64,000 nt of DNA from NCBI GenBank assembly GCA_038882975.1, contig JAVZNE010000001.1, forward strand, positions 184,620 through 248,619, read 5' to 3'. The stretch comes from Candidatus Bathyarchaeia archaeon (GTDB taxonomy: Archaea; Thermoproteota; Bathyarchaeia; Bathyarchaeales; Bathycorpusculaceae). A program made the translations under genes and the position numbers. This document shows, piece after piece, positions 8,805 to 18,085 of the stretch; the stretch's first letter is position 1; the number at the start of each line of letters is the position of its first letter. The notes beneath the pieces are model-generated. The model saw only the letters and a program-made list of their open reading frames with translations, had not been told where the DNA came from and did not search any database.

Positions 8805-10168
8805 ACACCTCTCCCGTAACCACGGTATATAAAGCCTTCAGCCTCAACTTCCACGGGGTCCAAGACACTTTCAAGGTCGACAATTGCCGCTGGCATTTTT
8901 GCCAAAAGCTTAAGCCTCCTTAAATTCAGTTTTTTAAGCTGATCGTGCCCTGTAAGTACTACCATGCAGTCTGCACCCTCCACTGCTTCTGCCAAACTTT
9001 TTCTTATGGGTGTGTGCTCTAGGTCTGTTAAGGTTCTCCCAGAAAGATATGGGTCATAAAGCGTCAGTTTTGCTCCCTTCTTTTCAAGTATGCTAATGAT
9101 TTTCTTTACATAATCTTTGGGAATGTCTGCGGTGTTTGGTGTTTGGGAAAGCCCAAGCAGTGCAATTTTTGCTCTTCTTAATGGTTTTCCACAGTTTTTA
9201 AGCGCATCTCGGATAAGTTCAACTCCATGCCTTAAAAATTCCTCGTTCAACTCCATTGCAGTTTCTGAAATGCGAAGTTTAAGGTTAAGGTTTTCAGCTT
9301 CTTCCAACAATATTCTAAAAGCCTCATTTGTTGACGTTGGTTGCGTATACATGTTTATAGCAGAACTTAAAAGGTCACGAACTGCTGGGTAGTCTATGCC
9401 AAGCTTTTCGCAGAAAAGAGCGAACTCGTTATTTAATGCAGAATTAACATTTTGGAAAACAGCCTCGAAAAGAACAGCCGCTTCCGCTGTCTTCACATCC
9501 CTAGTTTTAATGACGCCGGCATTTGTTACAGCTTTTATGACGTTTAATGCGGCCTCTAAACTAGCCTCATCCGACGCTGCGACAATCCTTCTACAACTTG
9601 TTAGGCTCTTAAGTGTTTGTCTCTCCGGAAATAATATTGGACTATAGGCCAATTGAAAATCTGAACCGGCTTTAAATCCGGAGGAGCTTTCGAGAATCTC
9701 TTTGAAGAGCCCCTCCATCATACCTATTCCAACAATGCTTGTGATAATGACCAACATTTCCTTTCGAAGGCTTGGGCCTATCAATTTTAGAATTTTTTCC
9801 AAGGGAGAATAGTCCACTTCACCCTTATCGCTTATAACAACAGGGGTGGTAACTATTAAGATGTCGCCTTGGGATGTTACAGCTTTTAAATCATTGGTAA
9901 CTTTTAGCCTTCCACTTGCCAAACTTTTCTGAAGAACCGGCTCTATTTCGTGTTTCAGGAATGGAACCTTGCCTTTTAGTAAACGCTCTACAGTAGCCTG
10001 GTCGCTGTCAACGCATATAACCCTAAAGCCCGCCTCGGCAAAAAGACAAGCGTGGAGAAGCCCTATACGCCCACAGTCAACTATGCCGACCACTAATCTT
10101 TCATGCTGTTTCGAAGTCTCTGAAGACTTTGTCGATAACATTTTGGTTTCTCCGGGTTGCAGAAACAC
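8792..10168 (-). CDS. UDP-glucose/GDP-mannose dehydrogenase-family protein with atypical, possibly inactive, active-site motifs
   Basis: Family architecture is recognisable (TTPV, SPILFPER, NEFALFCEKLGID, C-terminal UDP-binding-like domain). I cannot find the GG-x-C-x-x-KD catalytic-Cys loop, and the dinucleotide loop reads VDCGRIG. Confidence 0.6.
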   Translation of the reverse strand: MFLQPGETKMLSTKSSETSKQHERLVVGIVDCGRIGLLHACLFAEAGFRVICVDSDQATVERLLKGKVPFLKHEIEPVLQKSLASGRLKVTNDLKAVTSQGDILIVTTPVVISDKGEVDYSPLEKILKLIGPSLRKEMLVIITSIVGIGMMEGLFKEILESSSGFKAGSDFQLAYSPILFPERQTLKSLTSCRRIVAASDEASLEAALNVIKAVTNAGVIKTRDVKTAEAAVLFEAVFQNVNSALNNEFALFCEKLGIDYPAVRDLLSSAINMYTQPTSTNEAFRILLEEAENLNLKLRISETAMELNEEFLRHGVELIRDALKNCGKPLRRAKIALLGLSQTPNTADIPKDYVKKIISILEKKGAKLTLYDPYLSGRTLTDLEHTPIRKSLAEAVEGADCMVVLTGHDQLKKLNLRRLKLLAKMPAAIVDLESVLDPVEVEAEGFIYRGYGRGVWKR

Positions 10169-10178
10169 TTATACAGGT

Positions 10179-11582
10179 TTAGCCTTTTAAGCTGTTGATT
10201 ATCCTTTTAAGTTTTAAATTGTAATCTTTAACAAGCTTTAGGGCTTTCTCTTTTGTTTTTGCTTCTGCATAAAGCCGGTACAGCGGCTCTGTTCCGCTCG
10301 GTCTAACGAGGATGGAGCTCTTATCCTCAAACCAAATTTTTACTCCGTCAATGGTGCTTATGTTTGGTCCCTTTGTCTGTTCGACAAGCTTTTCTAAAAC
10401 TTTTTCCTTGAGCTGTTCTGGGCATTCAACCTTGTCCTTCTCAATAAAGTATTTGGGCAACTCATCGAGAAGACTTGAAAGTTTCTTACCTGTTTCAGCC
10501 ATTATGCCCAATATTAGGGCTGTTGCCATTGCACCGTCTCTAACTGGCTGATGTGGTCCGTAAAAGATTCCGCCATTTTCCTCTCCGCCCAGCTTCGCAT
10601 TCAAATTTTTCATTGTATGCGAAACAATGACGCTTCCAACTTTTGTCCAAACTATTTCGCCATCATAGGCGTCTGCAATATCCTTCACTAGGGTTGATGA
10701 ACTTATGGGCGAAACAATTTTTTCGCCGGGATTCTGCAGCAGAAAGTGTTTTTCAACGAGGGCGAAGGTTTTGTCGCCCCAGTGGATTTCTCCCCTTTCA
10801 TCAACAAATATTGAGCGGTCAGCGTCTCCATCAAAGGCTACTCCCAAGTCTGCGCCCACAGCCTTAACGGTTGAAGCCAAATCTCCAAGGTTTTCAGGTC
10901 GCGGTTCAGGCGGTCTTGCTGGGAATGTTCCATCGATATTCGCGTTTATGGTTGTGACACGGCAGCCAAGCTCTCTGAGGAGTTTGGGAACTGCAAGCGC
11001 GGCAACGCTGTTTGCGGCGTCAACCACCACGTGATAATGCTTACTTGCTATTTTGGCTGTGTCCACATGCCCTTTTATAGCTTCCACATATTCCTCAATA
11101 GTTCCCATAAGGTTTTGAACTTCTCCTATTTTGTCCCATTCCGCATAACGAATCTTGTTGTCGAAGAATATGTTTTCAATTTCTATTTCCTGTTCTCTTG
11201 CGATTTCTATTCCATCACTCCAGACAACTTTTATCCCGTTGTATTCTGGGGGGTTATGAGAAGCGGTTATAATAACTCCGCCGTCAAACGTGTGGCTTTT
11301 CACCGCGTATTGTAGTGCTGGCGTTGGCGCCATTCCAGCAACTAACACGTCACAGCCAGCGGCATTTAAACCCGCTATTACAGCTTTTGCAAGCATGGGG
11401 CTGCTTGTTCTGGCGTCATGTCCAACAAGCAAATCCCCGCAATTAAAGTATGTGCCTATGGCGCTTCCAATGGTAATCGCAAGCTCCGGGGTTAACTCCT
11501 TATTAACCAGCCCACGAATCCCATTGGTTCCAAACAGTCTCCTTTGGCTTAACACATCCCTACCTCGTTTTAAATAATGCAT
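10179..11582 (-). CDS. phosphoglucosamine mutase / phosphomannomutase (alpha-D-phosphohexomutase family)
   Basis: LFGTNGIRG N-terminus, phosphoserine loop TASHNPPEYNGIK, metal loop FDGDADR, and GEENGG. Confidence 0.85.
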   Translation of the reverse strand: MHYLKRGRDVLSQRRLFGTNGIRGLVNKELTPELAITIGSAIGTYFNCGDLLVGHDARTSSPMLAKAVIAGLNAAGCDVLVAGMAPTPALQYAVKSHTFDGGVIITASHNPPEYNGIKVVWSDGIEIAREQEIEIENIFFDNKIRYAEWDKIGEVQNLMGTIEEYVEAIKGHVDTAKIASKHYHVVVDAANSVAALAVPKLLRELGCRVTTINANIDGTFPARPPEPRPENLGDLASTVKAVGADLGVAFDGDADRSIFVDERGEIHWGDKTFALVEKHFLLQNPGEKIVSPISSSTLVKDIADAYDGEIVWTKVGSVIVSHTMKNLNAKLGGEENGGIFYGPHQPVRDGAMATALILGIMAETGKKLSSLLDELPKYFIEKDKVECPEQLKEKVLEKLVEQTKGPNISTIDGVKIWFEDKSSILVRPSGTEPLYRLYAEAKTKEKALKLVKDYNLKLKRIINSLKG

Positions 11583-12655
11583 TTTGATTCTGATACATCA
11601 TGGAAAACTTCTTTGGCTGGGCAAATTGAAACTCCTTCAGCCAGTGAAACATTATCCCCTATAACCGCGTAATCCCCTATAACACAGTTACTGCTAATTT
11701 TAACCCTTTTACCCACAACAACATTCTCACCAATTATGGCTCCATTTATTAAAGAATCATCAGAAATAGAGACGCTTGAAAAGATGACCGAGTTTTTTAT
11801 GTGAGCGTTCCTTCCCACGCTAACGTTTTTCCCGAGAACCGCGTATGGTCCAATGGTTGAGCCTTCCCCAATTGTAGCGCTTAAATCACAAAATACTGGT
11901 TCCTTTATCTTCCCGTCACCCTTTATCACGTTCTCATGTCTCCCACGAAGGCTATCCAGCAGAATCTTGTTTATCTCCAGATAATCTTCAGCCTTACCAA
12001 TGTCAGTCCATAGACCATTGAACACGTAGCCAAAAAGCTTGCCTTCCTCCACAAGCTTTGGAAATACCTCACGCTCAAGAGAAACCTTTCTTCCAATCTG
12101 GATATATTTGAAAATTTCGTGGCTGAGAACGTATATTCCAGCGTTTATAAGATTTGATGGAAACATTCCAGGCGGAGGTTTCTCAATAAACCTTTCTATT
12201 TTGCCGTTATCGGCGAGTTCTGCAACCCCATATCGACTTGGATCTTTAACAGTGCATAAGGCTATTGTTGCAACAGCATCTCTTTCCTCATGTTTCCTAA
12301 TTATTTCAGCATAGTTTATGCTGGTGAAGATGTCGCCATTTACAACCAGAAAATTGTCGCCTTTTAAGAGTTCTTCAGCATGTTTTATTGCGCCGCCTGT
12401 TCCAAGAGGCTTTTTAGGAGGGTCATACGAGTATACAATTTTCACTTTGCCCTTCGAAAACTTGGAATTTTTTATGTGAAAGGCTGTTTGATGATTAACC
12501 GCCAATATCGCCTCTCTTATCCCACTTTTTGATAGGCTTTCAAGGGTCCATTCTAAAAGCGGCTTGTTAAGCACTGGGAATAGAATTTTGGGTCTTGTAC
12601 AGCTCAGGGGTCTAAGCCGGGTTGCAAATCCTCCCGCTAGAATTAATGCCTTCAA
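11570..12655 (-). CDS. sugar-1-phosphate nucleotidyltransferase with C-terminal left-handed beta-helix (GlmU/NDP-sugar pyrophosphorylase-like)
   Basis: MKALILAGGFATRLRPLS.TRPK signature. C-terminal hexapeptide-repeat region (IGENVVVGKRVKISSNCVIGDYAVIGDNV). Confidence 0.8.
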   Translation of the reverse strand: MKALILAGGFATRLRPLSCTRPKILFPVLNKPLLEWTLESLSKSGIREAILAVNHQTAFHIKNSKFSKGKVKIVYSYDPPKKPLGTGGAIKHAEELLKGDNFLVVNGDIFTSINYAEIIRKHEERDAVATIALCTVKDPSRYGVAELADNGKIERFIEKPPPGMFPSNLINAGIYVLSHEIFKYIQIGRKVSLEREVFPKLVEEGKLFGYVFNGLWTDIGKAEDYLEINKILLDSLRGRHENVIKGDGKIKEPVFCDLSATIGEGSTIGPYAVLGKNVSVGRNAHIKNSVIFSSVSISDDSLINGAIIGENVVVGKRVKISSNCVIGDYAVIGDNVSLAEGVSICPAKEVFHDVSESKCII

Positions 12656-12734
12656 TGGGGTTTCACCGTTTATGCTGCAAGCTTATATTCAAAATCCTTC
12701 GAATAAAACAGTTTCGTGAAGAGGAGGAAGCCTT

Positions 12735-13493
12735 ATGAAAGTTCTACTTCATGAGATGAGTTGGGTGGAGGCAAAGGAATATTTTGGCAGAAATGATATA
12801 GCCATCGTTCCAGTTGGCTCCAATGAACAGCATGGTCCCCAAAACCCCCTCGGAACAGACCATTTTATTGCCAAGGCAATAGCCGAGGAAGCTGCCAAAC
12901 GTGCAAAGGTTCTCTGTTTGCAAGTTATTCCTTTCGGCGTAAGCCACCACCATAGACAGTTTTGGGGCACAATTCATGTTTCACCTAAAACCCTAAAAGC
13001 CTACGTGAAGGATGTTTGCCTATCCCTAAACTATTATGGCGTAAAGAAAATTGTCATTGTTAATGGGCACGGCGGAAACCTAAACGCCCTAACCGAGCTA
13101 GCTAGAGAGTTAAGAGAAAAAGGGATTTTCGTCTCAGTTTTTCAATGGTGGCCCGCCGCTGGAAAGCTTTTTCCAGACATATTTAAGCCGGAAGAGAGGG
13201 GACACGCTGGTGCTGAGGAAACTTCTGTGAATTTGGCTTTACACCCGCATCTAGTAAACATGGATAGGGCTTTGGACGAGGAGGTGCGCGGGCACATCGC
13301 AGAGGTTGAAGGCGTAACCCTTCCATTGGACACTGCGGATCGCACAAGTTCAGGAGTTTTCGGCAGGTCAACAACAGCTTCAGCGGATAAGGGTAAACAG
13401 GTTTTTGAAGCGGTGGTTAACGAACTTGTTAAACACATCGATTTGCTGAAAAAAGCGAAAGTTGAGGATTTGATGGCTAAATCGAGGATTTAA
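12735..13493 (+). CDS. creatininase-family amidohydrolase (ArfB/creatinine amidohydrolase-like)
   Basis: VPVGSNEQHGPQNPLGTDHFIA and VNGHGGN blocks are typical of the creatininase family. Confidence 0.7.
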   Translation: MKVLLHEMSWVEAKEYFGRNDIAIVPVGSNEQHGPQNPLGTDHFIAKAIAEEAAKRAKVLCLQVIPFGVSHHHRQFWGTIHVSPKTLKAYVKDVCLSLNYYGVKKIVIVNGHGGNLNALTELARELREKGIFVSVFQWWPAAGKLFPDIFKPEERGHAGAEETSVNLALHPHLVNMDRALDEEVRGHIAEVEGVTLPLDTADRTSSGVFGRSTTASADKGKQVFEAVVNELVKHIDLLKKAKVEDLMAKSRI

Positions 13494-13497
13494 AGTG

Positions 13498-15054
13498 TCA
13501 TTCCCATTCTATAGTTGCAGGCGGCTTATGGGTAATGTCATACACCACCCTAACAACTTCCGGTATTTCGCTGGTTATCCTCGTGGAGACTTTTTCTAAA
13601 ACCTTGTAGGGAATTCTTGCAAAACTCGCCGTCATAGCCTCGCGACTTTCCACAGCTCGGATGGCTACGACATAGCCATAAGCTCTAGTGTCGCCCTTAA
13701 CACCAGTGGCTTTCGTGTTTGTCAAAACCGCAAAATACTGCCACAATCGCTCTTTTAAGCCACTTTTCTCGAATTCCTCCCTCACAATTCTGTCCGCCTT
13801 CCTAACAATCTCAACCTTCTCTTTAGTTATTTCACCTACAACTCGTACTGCAAGCCCAGGACCGGGAAAAGGCTGCCTAAAAACTATTTCTTTTGGCAAC
13901 CCAATTATTTTGGAGACTCTGCGAACTTCGTCCTTGTATAAATCTCTCAAAGGCTCGACAATTTTCTTAAACTTGATTTTTGTTGGGAGCCCGGCAACGT
14001 TATGATGCGTCTTGATTTTGTCTGAAAACCTTCGGAAGCCGGATTCAATTCTATCTGGGTAAATAGTTCCTTGGATGAGGTATTCTGCGCCAACTTTTTC
14101 CGCAACTTCTTCAAAAACTCTGATGAACTCTTCGCCTATAATCTTCCTTTTCATTTCTGGGTCGGTTACGCCTTTAAGCCTTTCAAAGAATCTTTCTTGC
14201 GCGTTTACAATAACAAGGTTTATTTTGAGTTTTTGGAAAGTGTTCTTAACAAAATCTGGCTCGTTTTCCCTCATGAATCCGTGGTTAACAAAAACTGCTG
14301 TTAGTTTCTCTCCTATTGCCTTGGCTGCTATGGCTGTGGCTACGCTGGAGTCTATGCCTCCACTTAGGGCTATTATAGCTTTGCCGTCACCAACTTCTTT
14401 CCTAACTTCCTCAACCATTTTATTTATAATGTCTTCCATCCTCCAGTTGGCAACACAACCACACACTTCAAAGATAAAATTGTGCAGCATTTTAGCTCCA
14501 TTTACCGTGTGCACCACTTCTGGATGCCACTGTAAACCGTAAATTGGTCTGGTTTTATGCTTGAAGGCGGCAACTGGGCAATTTTGAGTATGAGCTAAAA
14601 CATCAAATTCTGGGGGAACTGAAAAGACTGTATCGCTGTGGCTCATCCAAACCCGCTCTTTCCTGTTTAAATCCTTTAGAACGTCAACAGGCTTGCCTAT
14701 TATTGCATAAGTTGAGCCGAACTCTTTCCGCTTGGCTGGGCCAACTTTCCCACCGAAAATTTGAGCTATAAGCTGATGCCCATAGCATAAACCTAAAACA
14801 GGTAGTCCTAAATCAAAAATACGCTTGTCCGGCTTTGGCGCATCTGCATCAAAAACGCTTGCAGGACCGCCAGACAGAATTAACCCTTTAATGTTAAACT
14901 TTTCGCCTAGAAGCCGTATCTCCTCAATTTTTATGTCGTGGGGAACAATTTCCGAATATACGCCGTTCTCTCTAACCCGCCTCCCAATGAGGTGACAGTA
15001 TTGCCCGCCGAAGTCCAATACCAATATGGTATCGTATTTCAAGTATATACACAC
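13498..15054 (-). CDS. guaA: GMP synthase (glutamine-hydrolysing)
   Basis: GATase domain (LGLCYGHQL). ATP-PPase P-loop ([10 protein letters not shown]). Conserved C-terminus KPPATIEWE. Confidence 0.95.
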   Translation of the reverse strand: MCIYLKYDTILVLDFGGQYCHLIGRRVRENGVYSEIVPHDIKIEEIRLLGEKFNIKGLILSGGPASVFDADAPKPDKRIFDLGLPVLGLCYGHQLIAQIFGGKVGPAKRKEFGSTYAIIGKPVDVLKDLNRKERVWMSHSDTVFSVPPEFDVLAHTQNCPVAAFKHKTRPIYGLQWHPEVVHTVNGAKMLHNFIFEVCGCVANWRMEDIINKMVEEVRKEVGDGKAIIALSGGIDSSVATAIAAKAIGEKLTAVFVNHGFMRENEPDFVKNTFQKLKINLVIVNAQERFFERLKGVTDPEMKRKIIGEEFIRVFEEVAEKVGAEYLIQGTIYPDRIESGFRRFSDKIKTHHNVAGLPTKIKFKKIVEPLRDLYKDEVRRVSKIIGLPKEIVFRQPFPGPGLAVRVVGEITKEKVEIVRKADRIVREEFEKSGLKERLWQYFAVLTNTKATGVKGDTRAYGYVVAIRAVESREAMTASFARIPYKVLEKVSTRITSEIPEVVRVVYDITHKPPATIEWE

Positions 15055-15097
15055 TCAAATGCTTTGAACATGGGGATAAAATGCTATTAAAAGTTTG

Positions 15098-16501
15098 TTA
15101 GGCGTATATGTACTTTTGCAGCTCCCAAAGCGTAACTGCGCCTTTATCATCTTTGGGCATGTGAGGCTCGTATTCACGCCACTCTTGCATTTTAAGCTCC
15201 AAATATTTCTCCATGTTTTCTTTACCCAAAGCCCTTATGCAAATGTCGTCGCTTTTCAGTTCTTCCGAGGCTTCTTTAAGTGAGCTTGGCAGTACCTTAA
15301 TTCCAAGCTCCTTTCGCTTCGCCTCGCTTAAATGATAAACATTCACGTCAACGGGGTCACCTGGCTCTATCTTCCTTTTGATACCGTCTAAACCAGCTTC
15401 GAAGATTACGGCATATGCTAAATAAGGGTTACAGAGCGGGTCTGGACATCGGAATTCTATTCTGGCTTCACTCTCCTTCCCTGGGAAGTATTCTGGCACT
15501 CGGATTAAGGCTGAACGGTTTTTCCTGCTCCAAGTAATGTAGACCGGAGCCTCATAGCCTGGCACAAGCCTCTTATAACTGTTGACCGTGGGCGCTACAA
15601 CTGCGCATAAAGCCCTTGCGTGCTCAAGGATTCCACCTATGAAATAGCGGCACTTCTGTGACAAATGAGCATAGCCATCCTTGTCATAGAAGATATTTCT
15701 TCCAGTCTTCGCGTCGAAAAGTCCGAGATGGACATGCATGCCGCTCCCTGGTTTTCCAAACCATGGTTTTGGCATGAAAGTGGCTATCCATCCATATTTT
15801 CTGTCAGCAACAGCCTTAGCTGCAAACTTATAACGTACAATATTATCCGACGTTGTCACCGGATTGGAGTACTTGAAAGTTATTTCATTTTGAGCCGCAC
15901 CGACCTCATGGTGCTGCCTCTCAACCTCTATGCCCATTGTGAAGAGCGCATTGGTCAACTCCATTCTGAAGGCTTCAGTAACATCCCTGCCCGGAGCTAT
16001 GTCAAAATAACGCTGTTTGTCTATAAGGTGATTTTCAACAGGTTGGAAATCGCCATTAGCGGTTCTTTGCACAAGGTAAAACTCCAACTCTGCGGCTGCC
16101 GTCGGCTCGTATCCCTCAGCCGCCAATCTTTCAAGGGTTTTTTGGCATATATATCGCGGGTCTCCTTCAAAGCGTCTGCCTTCCGGCGTGTATAAGTTGC
16201 AAATAAAGCTCACAACACTTTTGTCATAGAAATAGTATGGGCAAACCGTGAAAGTGGTTATGTCAGGTTTCATAAGCATGTCGCTTTCTTCTATGCCAAC
16301 TCCGCCAATCAACGATGAACCATCAAAGCCGACACCCTCAACTATGGCGTTTTCCACCTCCTCAACGGGAATAGTCCTACCCTTTAAAAAACCAAGCAGA
16401 TCTGTGAAATGCAAAAGAACATGGTCAGCGTTTTTCATAAGCCTAAAACACAATTCAACATTTTGGTTTTGAAACATCCGCCGTAGCGAATTTCGCATCA
16501 T
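15098..16501 (-). CDS. glnA: glutamine synthetase type I
   Basis: Blocks FDGSS, ELEFYL, KPWFGKPGSGMHVHL and NSYKRLVPGYEAP. Confidence 0.95.
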   Translation of the reverse strand: MMRNSLRRMFQNQNVELCFRLMKNADHVLLHFTDLLGFLKGRTIPVEEVENAIVEGVGFDGSSLIGGVGIEESDMLMKPDITTFTVCPYYFYDKSVVSFICNLYTPEGRRFEGDPRYICQKTLERLAAEGYEPTAAAELEFYLVQRTANGDFQPVENHLIDKQRYFDIAPGRDVTEAFRMELTNALFTMGIEVERQHHEVGAAQNEITFKYSNPVTTSDNIVRYKFAAKAVADRKYGWIATFMPKPWFGKPGSGMHVHLGLFDAKTGRNIFYDKDGYAHLSQKCRYFIGGILEHARALCAVVAPTVNSYKRLVPGYEAPVYITWSRKNRSALIRVPEYFPGKESEARIEFRCPDPLCNPYLAYAVIFEAGLDGIKRKIEPGDPVDVNVYHLSEAKRKELGIKVLPSSLKEASEELKSDDICIRALGKENMEKYLELKMQEWREYEPHMPKDDKGAVTLWELQKYIYA

Positions 16502-16641
16502 GTTAGCTCCCTGGATAATTTTACAGTTAGATAAGCTTTAATAATACATATAAAAGGTTTTTCAAAGAAAATGATGACAAATGTTAAATATAAAATAAAG
16601 TAGTCTTACATGTGTAACATGAATGAAGGAGCGTATATATA

Positions 16642-17151
16642 ATGAACGGTGCAAATGTTCGATGGTCAGCCCCCAAGGAAGGTAGCGAAAAGCGGGTCAG
16701 AAAAGGGGAAGAATTAAACGAGGTTGACGTGAAAATTTTGAGGGCTTTAACTTTGGATGCGAGGCTTTCCTCAAGGCAGCTGGCTAAGCAGTGTGGCGTA
16801 TCCACAAGCACAGCCCTATCAAGAGTAAAGAAACTGGAAGAAGCTGGTATAATAAAGGGGTACGCAGCCCTACTGGACCATGAGAAACTTGGCTACGCCC
16901 TAACCGTCGTGGTCGAAATAACAGTTTCAAAAGGAAGACTTTTAGAAGTGGAAAGCGAAATTGCAAAACTTCCCAACGTCTGCTGCGTCTACGACGTAAC
17001 AGGACTGATAGACGCCATAGTCATAGCCAAATTCAAAAACAGAGAAGAACTAAGCAAATTTGCAAAACGCTTGTTAGCAATGCCCTACGTAGAAAGAACA
17101 AACACCCACGTAGTGCTAACAACAATAAAAGAAGATTTCAGAATAATCTAA
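16642..17151 (+). CDS. Lrp/AsnC-family transcriptional regulator
   Basis: HTH region VDVKILRALTLDARLSSRQLAKQCGVSTSTALSRVKKLEEAGIIKGY plus an RAM/ACT-like C-terminal domain. AAGGAG lies 12 nt upstream of the ATG. The gene is divergent from glnA. Confidence 0.85.
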   Translation: MNGANVRWSAPKEGSEKRVRKGEELNEVDVKILRALTLDARLSSRQLAKQCGVSTSTALSRVKKLEEAGIIKGYAALLDHEKLGYALTVVVEITVSKGRLLEVESEIAKLPNVCCVYDVTGLIDAIVIAKFKNREELSKFAKRLLAMPYVERTNTHVVLTTIKEDFRII

Positions 17152-17218
17152 ACCCTTAAGAAACATTGAAGGGAAGGTTTAATTTCACCTAGAAAAATAA
17201 GAAATAAACTGAAGACAT

Positions 17219-17333
17219 GCGGGGGTTGCCAAGCCTGGCCAAAGGCGCAGCCCTGAGGAGAAACCCTTCCAAAAGTTTCGCGGAACGGCTGTCCCGTAGG
17301 GGTTCGTGGGTTCAAATCCCACCCCCCGCACCA
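17219..17333 (+). tRNA. tRNA-Leu(GAG) with an intron of about 27 nt 3' of anticodon-loop position 37; CCA encoded
   Basis: Hand fold: acceptor GCGGGGG/CCCCCGC; D arm GCC..GGC; anticodon stem CAGCC(17248-52)/GGCTG(17287-91); loop CTGAGG followed by an insertion at 17259-17285/6; long variable arm TCCCGTAGGGGTTC; T arm GTGGG-TTCAAAT-CCCAC; discriminator A and CCA. Confidence 0.85.
17321..17331 (+). repeat. direct repeat copy 1 (ACCCCCCGCAC), the 3' acceptor end of tRNA-Leu; att-like
   Basis: Exact 11-mer shared with 19148-19158 and 20448-20458. Confidence 0.6.
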
Positions 17334-17433
17334 TCGCCACAACGTCGAATTCGCTCAAACTTCGCTCTTTTTGAGCGTAAAACAGCAGAAAATTGACTTT
17401 AATTTTTTGGGTCTCTTTTGATTTTGCTTGAGA

Positions 17434-17450
17434 GTTTATAACTGTCAAGT
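17434..17450 (+). repeat. sub-terminal motif copy A, GTTTATAACTGTCAAGT
   Basis: 16/17 identical to the reverse complement of 20416-20432 and related to 19175-19187. Confidence 0.6.
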
Positions 17451-17627
17451 CCAAAAATAAATTGTTTCAATAGGATGGGATGGGAATGGAAAAATAAAGA
17501 ATTCTTCCGGCCGTTCATATAACGAATCTTTATCTCTATTAGACTCAACAAATTGACAAACACACTATATATAAATTGGTTAAACTCTTATTAGAATTTA
17601 GAGTAAAAATTTCAATCGGCTCAATAT

Positions 17628-17951
17628 ATGTCTATGTCAAGAGATAAGAAACTGGTAACACCTCCAAGGTTAAGTATAGCAGACCTTCTAGAAATACAAC
17701 ACACCGATATTAATTTTGACAATTTTTCTGTTGAAGAAATCGAAGAATTAATTGGTGACGAAATTGTTCAACGCTATCTGAAAATGGTTAAGGAAGCACG
17801 ATTAACACGTTCTCCTGAGCTTGAAAATTATCAAAAGGAACTGAAAGAACAGGTGAAAAAGAAATCCTACTTTATTTTAGAAAGAAAAGTTAGCGAAGAA
17901 TTAAGATGGCGAAGAGCGTCTGGATTTGTCTCAATAGCGAGTTGGTTATAG
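17628..17951 (+). CDS. hypothetical protein (island ORF)
   Basis: 107-aa charged, helical ORF in AT-rich DNA with no recognisable motif. Its 3' end overlaps a 59-aa TM ORF in another frame. Confidence 0.3.
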   Translation: MSMSRDKKLVTPPRLSIADLLEIQHTDINFDNFSVEEIEELIGDEIVQRYLKMVKEARLTRSPELENYQKELKEQVKKKSYFILERKVSEELRWRRASGFVSIASWL

Positions 17952-18085
17952 GAGTTCTGTGCATTTTATCTAACAACTTGTTAGGAGCCTCGCTGCTATT
18001 TATAATAGGAGGATTTTTTATGGCGATTGCGGTCGGCTACAAAAAGATTGAGATGGGAATAAAAAAACTAGGAATAAAGAAGTAA
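17906..18085 (+). CDS. hypothetical small membrane protein (59 aa), overlapping the previous ORF out of frame
   Basis: Hand translation gives MAKSVWICLNSELVIGVLCILSNNLLGASLLFIIGGFFMAIAVGYKKIEMGIKKLGIKK, with two hydrophobic segments. It is just below the track cutoff. Confidence 0.25.
   Translation: MAKSVWICLNSELVIGVLCILSNNLLGASLLFIIGGFFMAIAVGYKKIEMGIKKLGIKK

Noticed and set aside
10312-11577. A series of 74-109 aa plus-strand ORFs lies inside the phosphohexomutase gene. Similar antisense ORFs occur in guaA (14075-14542), glnA (15665-16195), copB (38178-39068), fni/idsA (62083-63043) and elsewhere.
   Set aside because: These are shadow ORFs on the opposite strand of strongly supported genes. 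Their products are low-complexity and rich in Ser, Pro and Leu, with no motifs.
17148-17454. Two minus-strand ORFs (64 and 89 aa) run antisense through tRNA-Leu. I considered them as a possible Int(N)/Int(C) fragment of a split SSV-type integrase.
   Set aside because: Most of their sequence is simply the reverse translation of the tRNA. There are no integrase motifs (no R..HxxR..Y context). The equivalent frames at the other two repeat copies hit stops within a few codons.
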